The position numbers and the translations under genes were made by a program. Source: an uncultured delta proteobacterium (GTDB lineage Bacteria; Myxococcota; Myxococcia; Myxococcales; Anaeromyxobacteraceae). Taken from it: a stretch of DNA of 64,000 nucleotides. This document shows, in pieces, positions 1-9,079 of the stretch. Each line of letters starts with the position of its first letter. Within the stretch, counting starts at the first letter, position 1. Location of the stretch: the NCBI GenBank assembly GCA_963828255.1, contig CAWHDZ010000027.1, positions 1-64,000 of the forward strand, read 5' to 3'. The notes under the pieces were generated by a model. That model made no database searches and was not told the DNA's origin. It was given only the letters and a program-made list of their open reading frames with translations.

Positions 1-1
1 G

Positions 2-67
2 AGCATCTACCCGGCCGCCCGCGCCAGCGACGCCCCCGCCACGGAGCTCTCCCGCGATGCCCTCTAG
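2..67 (+). CDS. C-terminal end of an upstream gene, probably an ABC (FtsX-like) permease; truncated by the window edge
   Basis: Frame reads SIYPAARASDAPATELSRDAL-stop and overlaps the next start. xYPAxRA is typical of FtsX-type permease C-termini, which often precede AttH-like genes. Confidence 0.45.
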   Translation, partial: SIYPAARASDAPATELSRDAL

Positions 68-1166
68 CCTCCCCCTCCTGGCGCTCCTGCTCTCCATCGC
101 CGACCCCGCCTGGAAGCCCGCCGCGCCCGGCCACTCCTGGTCGTTCCCCGCCGACCACTGGTCGCACCCCGGCTACCGCAACGAGTGGTGGTACTTCACC
201 GGGAGCCTCGTCTCTTCGGCCACACCCGTCGTGAAGGGCCGCCGGTTCGGGTACCAGGTCACCTTCTTCCGGATCGGGGTCTCGCCGACGCCGCAGCCCG
301 GCTCGGCGTGGAGCGCGACCGACGTCCTGATGGGGCACGCCGCGGTCATCGACCTCGCGTCCGGGGAGCGGGTCTTCTCCGAGGTTCTCTACCGCACGGC
401 CCCCTTCCTGGCCGGGTTCGGCGCGGCGCCCGACCCGGTCCTGGCCTGGGCGCTGGGACCACCCGGGACCGACCGCCGCTGGGAGCTCAGGCAGGACGGC
501 GAAGGGTTCTCCATCGAGGTTGCCGATCGGGCCAGGGGGCTCTCGCTGCGCCTGCGGCTGCGCCCGGAGCGGAGCCCGGTCCTGCAGGGACCGGGCGGGG
601 TCTCGCGGAAGTCCTCCCGTGAGGGCTTCGCGAGCCTCTACTACAGCCTGACCCGCCTTTCGACGGAGGGTGAACTGGAGCTGGGCGGGGTGCGCGCGAC
701 GGTGCGGGGCGAGAGCTGGATGGACAAGGAGTTCGGGTCGAGCCAGCTGGCGCCCGACCAGGCCGGATGGGACTGGTTCGCGCTGCGCCTCGCCGACGGG
801 CGCGACCTCATGCTCTACCTGCTCCGTGACAAGGACGGTGCGGTCTCCTTCGGGAGCGGAACGCTCGTCGGTCCGGACGGACGGCCGCGCTGGTTCGAGG
901 CCGGCGAGTTCCGCGTTCGCTCCACCGGCCGCTGGCGCAGCCCCTCCACCCGGGCGGAGTACCCCTCGGGCTGGACCGTCGAGGTCCCCTCGGCCGGGCT
1001 CTCCCTTCGCATCGAGCCCGAGGTGGCCGACCAGGAGAACCGGGGTGGATCGGCGCCGCACTACTGGGAAGGGGCGGTCCGGGTGATCGGGAGCGGTGGC
1101 GCCCCGGCGGGCGAGGGGTTCGTCGAGCTCACCGGGTACGGCGAGGGCAACCGGCCACCAATCTAG
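57..1166 (+). CDS. Secreted lipocalin-like protein, AttH/CrtC (carotenoid 1,2-hydratase-like) family
   Basis: Signal peptide; FPADHWSHPGYRNEWWYFTG, WMDKEFGS, GWDWF, YWEG and GFVELTGY motifs. Confidence 0.85.
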   Translation: MPSSLPLLALLLSIADPAWKPAAPGHSWSFPADHWSHPGYRNEWWYFTGSLVSSATPVVKGRRFGYQVTFFRIGVSPTPQPGSAWSATDVLMGHAAVIDLASGERVFSEVLYRTAPFLAGFGAAPDPVLAWALGPPGTDRRWELRQDGEGFSIEVADRARGLSLRLRLRPERSPVLQGPGGVSRKSSREGFASLYYSLTRLSTEGELELGGVRATVRGESWMDKEFGSSQLAPDQAGWDWFALRLADGRDLMLYLLRDKDGAVSFGSGTLVGPDGRPRWFEAGEFRVRSTGRWRSPSTRAEYPSGWTVEVPSAGLSLRIEPEVADQENRGGSAPHYWEGAVRVIGSGGAPAGEGFVELTGYGEGNRPPI

Positions 1167-2200
1167 CGGCACCGATCGTCGTTCACGCAGGGCAACGGCG
1201 CCGCAACCGGGCAACGGGACGAGGCTCCATCCCCGGCGCCCCGCGGATCCGCCAGCGCGCGCACCGTCTTGCCGAGGATCTCGCCGGCATAGGCCCGCAG
1301 CGCAGGGAGCGGGATGCGTTGCGCGCGCCCGGCCTGCTCGATGAGCCGCGCGAGCCACCGCTCCGCGTCCGCGAGGATGCCCTCCCCCCGCTCCCGGAAG
1401 AACGGGTGCGATCCGAAGGGCCAGTAGTTGCACGGGCTCACGGCCAGGTGGGTCCGCATCTCGTCGTCGCTGGGGTGCACGCCGGCCCAGGCCAGGACCT
1501 CCCGCCGGATCCGGGTGCTGTCGGAACCCAGGTCGTCCACCATCTCCACCGTCATCTGGCCGGTGTGGATGCGGTAGCGCATCACCACCGGCTCGACGTT
1601 TCCAACCCGGCCCAGACGCATCGCCGCAGCCGAGAGCGCCCAGTCCACGCCGAGCCGCAGCCGCTCGTCGAAACGCACCGCGTGGCGTGCCATGCACTCC
1701 CGGTCGAAGGTGACGGCCCCGGAGATGACCTCGGACTTGAAGAGGGTCCGGGCGCGCACCGCCGCGTCGGAGGTCGCGTAGTGCCACACGCTGCCCTCGA
1801 CCAGGTGGCGGTCGCACAAGGTGACGACGGCGCCGCCCAGGAGCACCAGGCCGGGATCGCGCTCGAACGCCGGGATCTGGAGCGCGAGCCGCCCCGGGGT
1901 GGCCTCGTCGTCGGCGTCGAGGACCGCGAGGTAGCGCCCCCGGGCCCGATCCAGCCCGGCGTTGAGCGCGGCGGCCTGGCCCCGGTTCCGTTCGAGCCGG
2001 ACCAGCTGGAAGCGCGGATCGGCCCGTGCGAACCCCTCGGCCACGGCGGAGGTCCCGTCGGTCGAGCCGTCGTCCACCACGATCACCTCGAGGTCGTCGA
2101 GCGTCTGGCCAGCCAGCGAGGAGAGCGCCCTCCCGAGGTGACGGGCGGCCTGGTGGGCCGCCACGACGGCGCTGACGAGCGGGCGGCGCGAGGTGCTCAT
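1163..2200 (-). CDS. Glycosyltransferase family 2
   Basis: ATG at 2200 overlaps the ATPase stop (ATGA). VIVVDDGSTDG, NRGQAAALNAG and LDADD motifs. Confidence 0.85.
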   Translation of the reverse strand: MSTSRRPLVSAVVAAHQAARHLGRALSSLAGQTLDDLEVIVVDDGSTDGTSAVAEGFARADPRFQLVRLERNRGQAAALNAGLDRARGRYLAVLDADDEATPGRLALQIPAFERDPGLVLLGGAVVTLCDRHLVEGSVWHYATSDAAVRARTLFKSEVISGAVTFDRECMARHAVRFDERLRLGVDWALSAAAMRLGRVGNVEPVVMRYRIHTGQMTVEMVDDLGSDSTRIRREVLAWAGVHPSDDEMRTHLAVSPCNYWPFGSHPFFRERGEGILADAERWLARLIEQAGRAQRIPLPALRAYAGEILGKTVRALADPRGAGDGASSRCPVAAPLPCVNDDRCR

Positions 2201-4929
2201 CGACGACGCCGCCGGGTCAGGATCTTCTCCATCCCCATGGCCGGCAGGATCACCACCGCCACCAGCGCGGCCCGGCCGAGGTCGGCGAGCGCGAGGGGTG
2301 CGGTTCCGAAGACCCGGTGCATGAAGGGCGCGTAGACGAAGAGCGCCTGCAATCCCAGGAGGGCCGCCACTCCCGGCAGCACGGTTGGGTTCTCCCGGAG
2401 GCTCCTCGCGAAGAGCGACCGGTCGAAGGATCGGGACTCGAGCAGGTAGAACACCTGGAAGAAGATCACGGTGGTGACGGTCAGCGTCTGCGACTCGGCG
2501 AGGGCCAGCGGCGGCGCCACCCCGGCGGCCAGCTCCCGGTGCCACTCCCAGAGGAAGAGCCCCACCGCCCCGCCCGTCATGAGCAGCGCCGAGAGCGCGG
2601 TCCGGCGCAGGACCATCCCCGAGAGGATGGGCTCCCCGGCGGGGCGGGGGGGACGACTCATCACCTCCCGCTCCTTGCCCTCGAAGGCCAGCGGAAGGGC
2701 CAGGGTCACCGCGGCGACGAGGTTGATCCAGAGGAGCTGGGTGGGGCGCATCGGAAGGAGGAGCGCCTGCGTCGCCGCGTCGAACGGGAAGGCGAAGACG
2801 GCGCAGACGAAGATGAGCGCCAGCCCCAGGTTGGCGGGGAGGACGAACGCGAGGGCCTTGACCAGGTTGTCGTAGACCCGCCTCCCCTCCTCCACCGCCG
2901 CGACGATGGTGGCGAAGTTGTCGTCGGTGAGCACCATGTCGGCCGCCTCCCGGGAGACCGCCGTGCCGGTGATCCCCATGGCCACGCCGATGTCCGCCTG
3001 CCGGAGCGCCGGCGCGTCGTTGACGCCGTCTCCGGTCATGGCCACCACCTGGCCGTCCCGCTGCAGCGCGCGGACCAGCCGGAGCTTGTGCTCCGGGGAG
3101 ACCCGGGCGAAGACGCTGCCGCGCGCGGCCAGGGCTCCCAGGTCCTCGTCCCGGGTGGCGGAGAGCTCCTTGCCCGCGATCGCGACCTCGTCCGCGCCCA
3201 GCAGCCCGAGCTGGCGTCCGATGGCCTGGGCCGTTCCCGGGTGGTCGCCGGTGATCATCTTCACGTGGATGCCCGCTGTGCGGCAGGCCGTCACGGCCGC
3301 GATGGCCTCGGGCCGCGGCGGATCGATCATCCCCACCAGCCCGAGCAGGAGGAGCCCGCTCTCCGCGTCGGCCGGGGAGAGGGCGTCGAGAGCCGCGTCC
3401 CAGGGGCGCGCCGCCATCGCCAGCACCCGCATGCCCCGCCCCGCCATCGCCTCGACCTCGGCCAGCACGGTGCGGGCGTCGAGCGCACCGCCACCGGCCA
3501 GGGACGAGCAGCGGCGCAGGACCGCCTCGGGCGCCCCTTTCACCAGGAGTCTCCGGGTCCCGTCCGGCCACCGGTGCAGCGTGGCCATGTACTGGTGCTC
3601 CGACTCGAAGGGCAGGACGTCGAGGCGCGGCGCCTCGCCCCGCAGCGCCTGGGCCTGCAGCCCGGCCTTCCCCGCCGCCACCACCAGCGCCGCCTCGGTG
3701 GGATCGCCGGTCACCGCGAACCCTGCGCCCGCGCGCTCCACGTTGGCGTCGTTGCAGAGCGCCCCCGCGCCCATCAGGTCGATCGCCCCGGCATCCGGCG
3801 TCACCGGAACGCCGCCGGAGAGGAAGCGTCCCCGAGGCGCCCAGCCGTTTCCCTCCACATCGAGCTTCCCGGCGGGCGTCCAGAGCGAGAGCACCGTCAT
3901 CTCGTTCCGGGTGAGCGTGCCGGTCTTGTCGGAGCAGATGACGGTGGTGGAGCCGAGCGTCTCCACGGCGGGCAGCTTCCGGACGATGGCGTGCCGCGCC
4001 GCCATCCGCTGGACGCCGATGGCCAGCGCGATGGTGACGATGGCCGGAAGCCCCTCCGGGATGGCGCCGACCGCCAGCGAGATGGAGAAGACGAGCATCT
4101 CCCGCAGGGCCTCGCCCATCGGCACGCCCTGGCCCACGCTGCGCCAGGTGCCGACCGCCATCATGACCGCGGTGAGCGCGAGGATCCCGATGGTGATGGT
4201 CTTGCCCACCTGGGCGAGCGCCCGGGTGAGCGGCGTCGCCAGCACGTCGGCCTGGCGCAGGAGCCCCGACACCTTGCCCAGCTCGGTGCCGTCCCCGGTG
4301 GCCACCACCACCCCGATGCCTGTCCCCGAGACGACGAGCGTGCCCGCGAAGGACAGGCAGCGACGGTCGCCGAGCTCCGCCTCTGCGGGCGCCGCGGCGG
4401 TGCCCTTCTCGGCGGGGGTGGATTCCCCGGTGAGCGCCGCCTCCTCCACCCGCAGCCCCTTCACTGCGAGCAGGCGGAGATCGGCCGGGACCTTGTCCCC
4501 CGAGGCGAGGGCGACGATGTCGCCGGGGACCAGCTCGGCGAGCGGCACGGCGCGTCGATCCCCGTCGCGCAGGGCCGTGGCCCCATCCGGAACGAGGCCG
4601 GCCAGCGCCTCGATGGCGCGGCTGGCCCGGAACTCCTGGAAGAATCCGATGAGCGTGTTGACGACCACCACGGCGCCCACCACCGCCGCGTCGGTGACCT
4701 CGCCGAGCAGGGCGGCCGCAGCCGCAGCCGCCAGGAGGACCAGGATGAGCGGGGAGTCGACCTGGCGCCAGAGGATGCGCCAGGCGCCCTCTCCGGCGGT
4801 TCGGGCGAGCAGGTTCGGACCGTGGGCGGCCAGCCTGACCGCCGCCTCGGCAGTGGTCAGGCCTTCCGGGCCGCTCTCCGTCCGGGCCAGGGCCTCGTCG
4901 GCGGACAGGGCGTGCCAGGGAGTCTCGAT
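2197..4929 (-). CDS. Cation-transporting P-type ATPase (type II, Ca2+/CtpF-like)
   Basis: LTGES, IPEGLP, CSDKTGTLT, MITGDH and GDGVNDAPAL motifs. The frame stays open upstream of 4683 with the typical N-terminus (WHALS..GLTTAEAAVRLAAHGPN), but the only RBS-positioned in-frame start candidate is ATC at 4929. Confidence 0.9.
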   Translation of the reverse strand: METPWHALSADEALARTESGPEGLTTAEAAVRLAAHGPNLLARTAGEGAWRILWRQVDSPLILVLLAAAAAAALLGEVTDAAVVGAVVVVNTLIGFFQEFRASRAIEALAGLVPDGATALRDGDRRAVPLAELVPGDIVALASGDKVPADLRLLAVKGLRVEEAALTGESTPAEKGTAAAPAEAELGDRRCLSFAGTLVVSGTGIGVVVATGDGTELGKVSGLLRQADVLATPLTRALAQVGKTITIGILALTAVMMAVGTWRSVGQGVPMGEALREMLVFSISLAVGAIPEGLPAIVTIALAIGVQRMAARHAIVRKLPAVETLGSTTVICSDKTGTLTRNEMTVLSLWTPAGKLDVEGNGWAPRGRFLSGGVPVTPDAGAIDLMGAGALCNDANVERAGAGFAVTGDPTEAALVVAAGKAGLQAQALRGEAPRLDVLPFESEHQYMATLHRWPDGTRRLLVKGAPEAVLRRCSSLAGGGALDARTVLAEVEAMAGRGMRVLAMAARPWDAALDALSPADAESGLLLLGLVGMIDPPRPEAIAAVTACRTAGIHVKMITGDHPGTAQAIGRQLGLLGADEVAIAGKELSATRDEDLGALAARGSVFARVSPEHKLRLVRALQRDGQVVAMTGDGVNDAPALRQADIGVAMGITGTAVSREAADMVLTDDNFATIVAAVEEGRRVYDNLVKALAFVLPANLGLALIFVCAVFAFPFDAATQALLLPMRPTQLLWINLVAAVTLALPLAFEGKEREVMSRPPRPAGEPILSGMVLRRTALSALLMTGGAVGLFLWEWHRELAAGVAPPLALAESQTLTVTTVIFFQVFYLLESRSFDRSLFARSLRENPTVLPGVAALLGLQALFVYAPFMHRVFGTAPLALADLGRAALVAVVILPAMGMEKILTRRRRR

Positions 4930-5128
4930 GGCGTCACACCTCCGTGTGGTGGACCTTGACGTGGGAGCTTACCGGACATGCCGGGTCTCGACGCGGCACG
5001 TCATCTCCCCGGGCGGAAATCGTACCCGGAAGGGTGGTGTCGGGATACCGGCCTGACGTAATCTCCCGCCTCGGTCCTTTTCCAGCCCCAGCCCATTCGC
5101 CGGCCCTGCGCCGGTTCGGAGGAAGCGC

Positions 5129-5407
5129 ATGTACGGGACGATCCGGCGTTACAAGCTGTCCAGGCCCAAGGAGTTCAACGACGCGGTGAACGGCTCCTTC
5201 ATCAACGTCGTCCGGAAGGTTCCCGGCTTCATCTCCTACATCGCCATCGACGAGGGCGACGGCTGGTGGGCGTCGCTCAGCCTGTTCGAGACCCGCGAGG
5301 GCATCCTCCAGTCCGATCGGGTCGCCGCCGAGTGGGTGAAGGGCAACGCCGCTGGATTCATCTCCGGGCCGCCGGAGATCACCGCCGGCCCCGTCGTCGT
5401 GAAGTAG
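5129..5407 (+). CDS. Small ABM-like (dimeric alpha/beta barrel) protein
   Basis: GGAGG RBS. VRKVPGFISY..SLSLFET..SDRVAAEWV pattern. Confidence 0.65.
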   Translation: MYGTIRRYKLSRPKEFNDAVNGSFINVVRKVPGFISYIAIDEGDGWWASLSLFETREGILQSDRVAAEWVKGNAAGFISGPPEITAGPVVVK

Positions 5408-5422
5408 CCGACAGGGACGACC

Positions 5423-6073
5423 GTGCTCAACATCCACTCCACCGAGCAACTCCTCAAGGCGATCGCGCTGGCCAGCGCCGCGCTCTCCGTCCTCATCGGG
5501 ATCTGGTACATCATCCGCCGTCCCCACCTGAACCGCGGCACCAAGTCCATGCTGCTTCTGGGGCTGGGCGCCTTCCCGCTCATCGTGTCCCTCACCGGCA
5601 ACATCGCCAGCTTCGAGTACACGCTGTCGCGCCCGTTCTGCGGCTCCTGCCACGTGATGGGCCCCTACCTGCGCGACGCCGAGGATCCGAAGTCGAACAG
5701 CCTCGCGGCGATGCACAGCCGGAACCACAAGTTCGGCGAGAACAGCTGCTACACGTGCCACGCCGACTACCAGATGTTCGGCGCCATCACCACGAAGCAG
5801 AACGGCATGAAGCACCTCTTCAAGTACCTCACCGAGTACGCCAGCACCGGCCCCGACGGCGAGGGCGGCCCGCCCATCCACCTCTACAAGCCGTTCAAGA
5901 GCGGGGCCTGCATGCAGTGCCACTCGGCGACCGCCAAGAAGTGGGTGGAAACCCACGCCGACTCGGCCGAGGCCATCCGCTCGGGCGAGATGAACTGCAT
6001 CGACTGCCACAACGAGGTCCACCCGCTCGCGCTTTCCCGCAGGCCCAAGACCGCGATGGGAGTCGTCCGATGA
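5423..6073 (+). CDS. NapC/NirT-family membrane-anchored tetraheme cytochrome c
   Basis: Two N-terminal TM segments and four CxxCH motifs (CGSCH, CYTCH, CMQCH, CIDCH). Confidence 0.85.
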   Translation: MLNIHSTEQLLKAIALASAALSVLIGIWYIIRRPHLNRGTKSMLLLGLGAFPLIVSLTGNIASFEYTLSRPFCGSCHVMGPYLRDAEDPKSNSLAAMHSRNHKFGENSCYTCHADYQMFGAITTKQNGMKHLFKYLTEYASTGPDGEGGPPIHLYKPFKSGACMQCHSATAKKWVETHADSAEAIRSGEMNCIDCHNEVHPLALSRRPKTAMGVVR

Positions 6074-6348
6074 AGCACGAGATGGCAAAGAAGATGGTCC
6101 TCTTCTCGGTGATCGGGACCATCGTCGCCATGATCTTCATGGCCTCGTCGATCGTCTTCCCGCACCCGCTGCTCCTCGTCCTCGCCATGAGCATCGGGCA
6201 GGGCATCGCCATCTTCGCGCTCGTGCTCTACCTGCTCGCGGTGGCCCTCGACCTCCAGTCCAGCGGGGAGATGTACATCCCCACGGAGGAGGCGCCGGCG
6301 ATCGAGTCGCCTCCGCCGGCCCAGGGAAGCGGGCCGCCCCCGGCGTAG
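6070..6348 (+). CDS. Small membrane protein (2 TM), hypothetical
   Basis: ATGA-coupled to the cytochrome; hydrophobic MKHEMAKKMVLFSVIGTIVAMIF... Confidence 0.7.
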   Translation: MKHEMAKKMVLFSVIGTIVAMIFMASSIVFPHPLLLVLAMSIGQGIAIFALVLYLLAVALDLQSSGEMYIPTEEAPAIESPPPAQGSGPPPA

Positions 6349-6349
6349 C

Positions 6350-6934
6350 GTGCGCCGCGTCCTCGTCACCTTCCTCCTCGCCTGGGCCGCCCTGCCGGCC
6401 CCGTCGAGGGCGCAGGGGGCAGGGGGCGCCCCGGCTGCCCGTCCGCAACCGGGTTTCCCGTCGGTCACGCTGGCGGCGCGGAGCATCGGCTCGCGCCGCG
6501 GGGATCCCCCGGAGAAGCGGGCGCACGCTGCGCTCCTCGTCCGGCTCTCCGCCGGCCCCGGCGGCTTCATCCTGCAGGGCGGCAAGGAATCGGTTCCGGG
6601 CTGGCTGCCGGGGCGCGCCCGCGTGGTGGGCTACGTCATCCCCTGCCAGGACCCGGCGATCGAGTTCACCCGTGCCGCCGGAGCGTGGTGGGGCGAGACC
6701 GGCGTCCGCGACCTTCCGACGCGGGAGATCGCGACCTTTGTCGAGGCGGGGCTCACCGAGGCGCGCATCCGCACCATCGTGGACGCGCTGAACGAGGAGT
6801 TCCGGACCCGCGACTACCGGCTCGAGGGCGGCCCGAGCTCCAACAGCTTCGTGAGCAGGTTCCTCGAACGGTTGGGGCGCGAGCTTCCGGCCATTGGCGA
6901 CGCCGACCTCCCCGGCTGGGGTTGGAGGCCGTGA
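6350..6934 (+). CDS. Exported hypothetical protein, DUF3750-like
   Basis: Signal peptide; YRLEGGPSSNSFV and terminal PGWGW resemble DUF3750 motifs. Confidence 0.5.
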   Translation: MRRVLVTFLLAWAALPAPSRAQGAGGAPAARPQPGFPSVTLAARSIGSRRGDPPEKRAHAALLVRLSAGPGGFILQGGKESVPGWLPGRARVVGYVIPCQDPAIEFTRAAGAWWGETGVRDLPTREIATFVEAGLTEARIRTIVDALNEEFRTRDYRLEGGPSSNSFVSRFLERLGRELPAIGDADLPGWGWRP

Positions 6935-6946
6935 AAGGGCCCGGAC

Positions 6947-7987
6947 ATGGCTGAAGCCCCGCGCCGCAAGATGTGGCTCGACTGGCAGCGCGGCCTGGCC
7001 GTGCTCTACATGCTCCAGTGGCACACCTGGGACTCCTGGCGCCACGATTCCGCGGCCTCGGGCGCGGTCCACGATCTCCTCGGCCTGGTGGGCGGCTTCG
7101 CCGCGCCGTCCTTCCTCTACATGGCGGGCATGTCGCAGGTCCTCGGCGACGCCGCGCAGGAGCGCAAGGGCGTTCCCGTGGGCGTCCGGCGCCTGGGAGC
7201 GATCCGGCGCGCGCTCTGGCTGCTCGGCGTGGCCTACCTGCTCCGGGTGGTCTGGTTCCTGGCCGGCGGTGCCTGGCGGGTGCCGGACGGGTGGCACGGG
7301 ATCCTGAAGGTGGACGTCCTGAACGTCATCGCCGTCTCGCTGCTCCTGTCGGCCCTCTTCACCGTGGGTATCAAGCCCCGGCTCCACGCGGTGATCGCGG
7401 TGGCGGCCACGGCCGCCGTGGCCCTCCTGGCTCCGGTGGTGGCGGGCTGGCAGCACCCGCCGAGCCGCATCCTCGACTACCTCTACTCGGAGTGGCCGCG
7501 CGGCATCTTCCACCTCTTCCCCTGGGCGGCATTCTGCTTCGCGGGGAGCGCGCTGGGGCGGCTGGCCATGAAGGAGTCGAGCCCCTTCACCTGGATCGGC
7601 ATCGGGGTGGGGCTGGCGCTCGCCGGCTGGGCCGGCGACAGGCTCCCCACCTTCTATGCGCACCAGGACTACTGGCGCGTCTCTCCCTCCTGGGTGGCCA
7701 TCCGGCTCGGCGGCGTGGTGGCCACGAGCGGGCTGCTGCAACTCGTCCCGGCCTCTGCCGACCGCTGGCTGGCCTGGCTCCGGCTCATGGGAAAGCACAG
7801 CCTGCTCGGCTACTTCCTCTCCATCGAGCTGCCCTACGGCGTGCTCTCCCGCCCCCTCCACAAGCAGCTCGGAACCTCCGCGGGGCTCGCCGGCGTCGTC
7901 GCCATGACGGTCCTCATCTGGGCGGCCTCGGCGGCGGCGGAGCGTTACGACGGGTGGAAGGCGCAGCGCGCGCGCGCGGCTGCATGA
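6947..7987 (+). CDS. Membrane acyltransferase-like protein (DUF1624/HGSNAT-like)
   Basis: LDWQRGLAVLYMLQWH, AAPSFLYMAG, DVLNVI, LFPW and MGKHSL motifs; multi-TM. Confidence 0.8.
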   Translation: MAEAPRRKMWLDWQRGLAVLYMLQWHTWDSWRHDSAASGAVHDLLGLVGGFAAPSFLYMAGMSQVLGDAAQERKGVPVGVRRLGAIRRALWLLGVAYLLRVVWFLAGGAWRVPDGWHGILKVDVLNVIAVSLLLSALFTVGIKPRLHAVIAVAATAAVALLAPVVAGWQHPPSRILDYLYSEWPRGIFHLFPWAAFCFAGSALGRLAMKESSPFTWIGIGVGLALAGWAGDRLPTFYAHQDYWRVSPSWVAIRLGGVVATSGLLQLVPASADRWLAWLRLMGKHSLLGYFLSIELPYGVLSRPLHKQLGTSAGLAGVVAMTVLIWAASAAAERYDGWKAQRARAAA

Positions 7988-9069
7988 GCCGGCTCCGGAC
8001 GGCGGCGGCCCTGGTCGCGCTCGTGCTGGCCGGCGACGCCGTGGCGGCACCCGACCTCCGGGGCGGTCCGCTCGTGGCCGCGCCCCTCGTCTCGCGCGGG
8101 AAGCGGGTCGCGTCGAGCCCGGGGGGCGGCAAGGTGGTGGTGGACGGGGTCTACCGCACCAGCGCCTCCTGGGCCGGGGGCCGCCCCACCCCGGCGAAGC
8201 CCTCCTGGGTCGCCATCGACGTGGGCTCCGGCCCCCGGCGCCTCCTGGTCTCCTGGACCTCGTCGGGCAACCACGACTACACCGACAGGAAATACGGGGC
8301 GCCGGTGGACTACCGCATCGAGACCTCCGCCGATTCCACCGACGGTTCCGACGGGAAGTGGCGCACCGCCGTCACCGTCACCGGGAACCCGGTCCGCTCG
8401 CGGGCCCACGCCGTGGACTTCGGCGGCCAGCGCTGGGTCAGGATGGTGGTCACCGGCCTCTCCCCCGACGTCTTCGAGTGGGGGCTCTACCTCGACGAGA
8501 TCGACGTGCACGACCTGTCGCGCGGCGGCAACGACGTCTGGGTCTTCCTCGGCGACAGCATCACCTCCCAGGTCTTCGACCGGGCGCCGTCGCACCAGCC
8601 GAGCTTCGCGGAGACCATCGCGCGCATCCACCCGGGCTTCCACCCCGCGGTGATCGGCGCCGGCTTCGGGAGCCTGCACCACGCCGACGCGGCGCGGCGC
8701 ATCGACGAGGTCCTTGCGCTCAACCCCGACGCGAAGGTGGTCGCCCTGGCCTTCGGCTCCAACGACTGGGACCCGGTCGCCTTCCGGGCCGACCTCCTCG
8801 AGGTGATCCGCAAGGTTCGCGCCGCCGGACGCATCCCGGTGGTGGCGCGGATCCCCTTCCGGGCCGACAGCCCGGTGGACTACCCGGCCCGGCTCAACGC
8901 GGTGGTGGACGAGGTGACCACCTCTCTCGGCCTCCTCCCCGGCCCCGACCTCCACGGGTGGTTCAAGACCAACCGGGCGCGCCTCACCGACGGGCTCCAC
9001 CCCGACGCCGATGGGTCGCGGGAGATGATCCGCCGCTGGGCCGAGGCGGTGGCGCCGCTCTACCCGTGA
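7984..9069 (+). CDS. Secreted SGNH/GDSL hydrolase with N-terminal discoidin (F5/8-like) domain
   Basis: Signal peptide; WVAIDVG..YRIETS..W..RWVRM; FLGDSIT, GSND and DGLHP catalytic blocks. Confidence 0.85.
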   Translation: MSRLRTAAALVALVLAGDAVAAPDLRGGPLVAAPLVSRGKRVASSPGGGKVVVDGVYRTSASWAGGRPTPAKPSWVAIDVGSGPRRLLVSWTSSGNHDYTDRKYGAPVDYRIETSADSTDGSDGKWRTAVTVTGNPVRSRAHAVDFGGQRWVRMVVTGLSPDVFEWGLYLDEIDVHDLSRGGNDVWVFLGDSITSQVFDRAPSHQPSFAETIARIHPGFHPAVIGAGFGSLHHADAARRIDEVLALNPDAKVVALAFGSNDWDPVAFRADLLEVIRKVRAAGRIPVVARIPFRADSPVDYPARLNAVVDEVTTSLGLLPGPDLHGWFKTNRARLTDGLHPDADGSREMIRRWAEAVAPLYP

Positions 9070-9079
9070 AGGTTCCGCT

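Noticed and set aside
1163..3571. 802-aa ORF as a single fusion protein
   Set aside because: Its N-terminal part is an off-frame overlap of the ATPase; the real GT2 starts at 2200.
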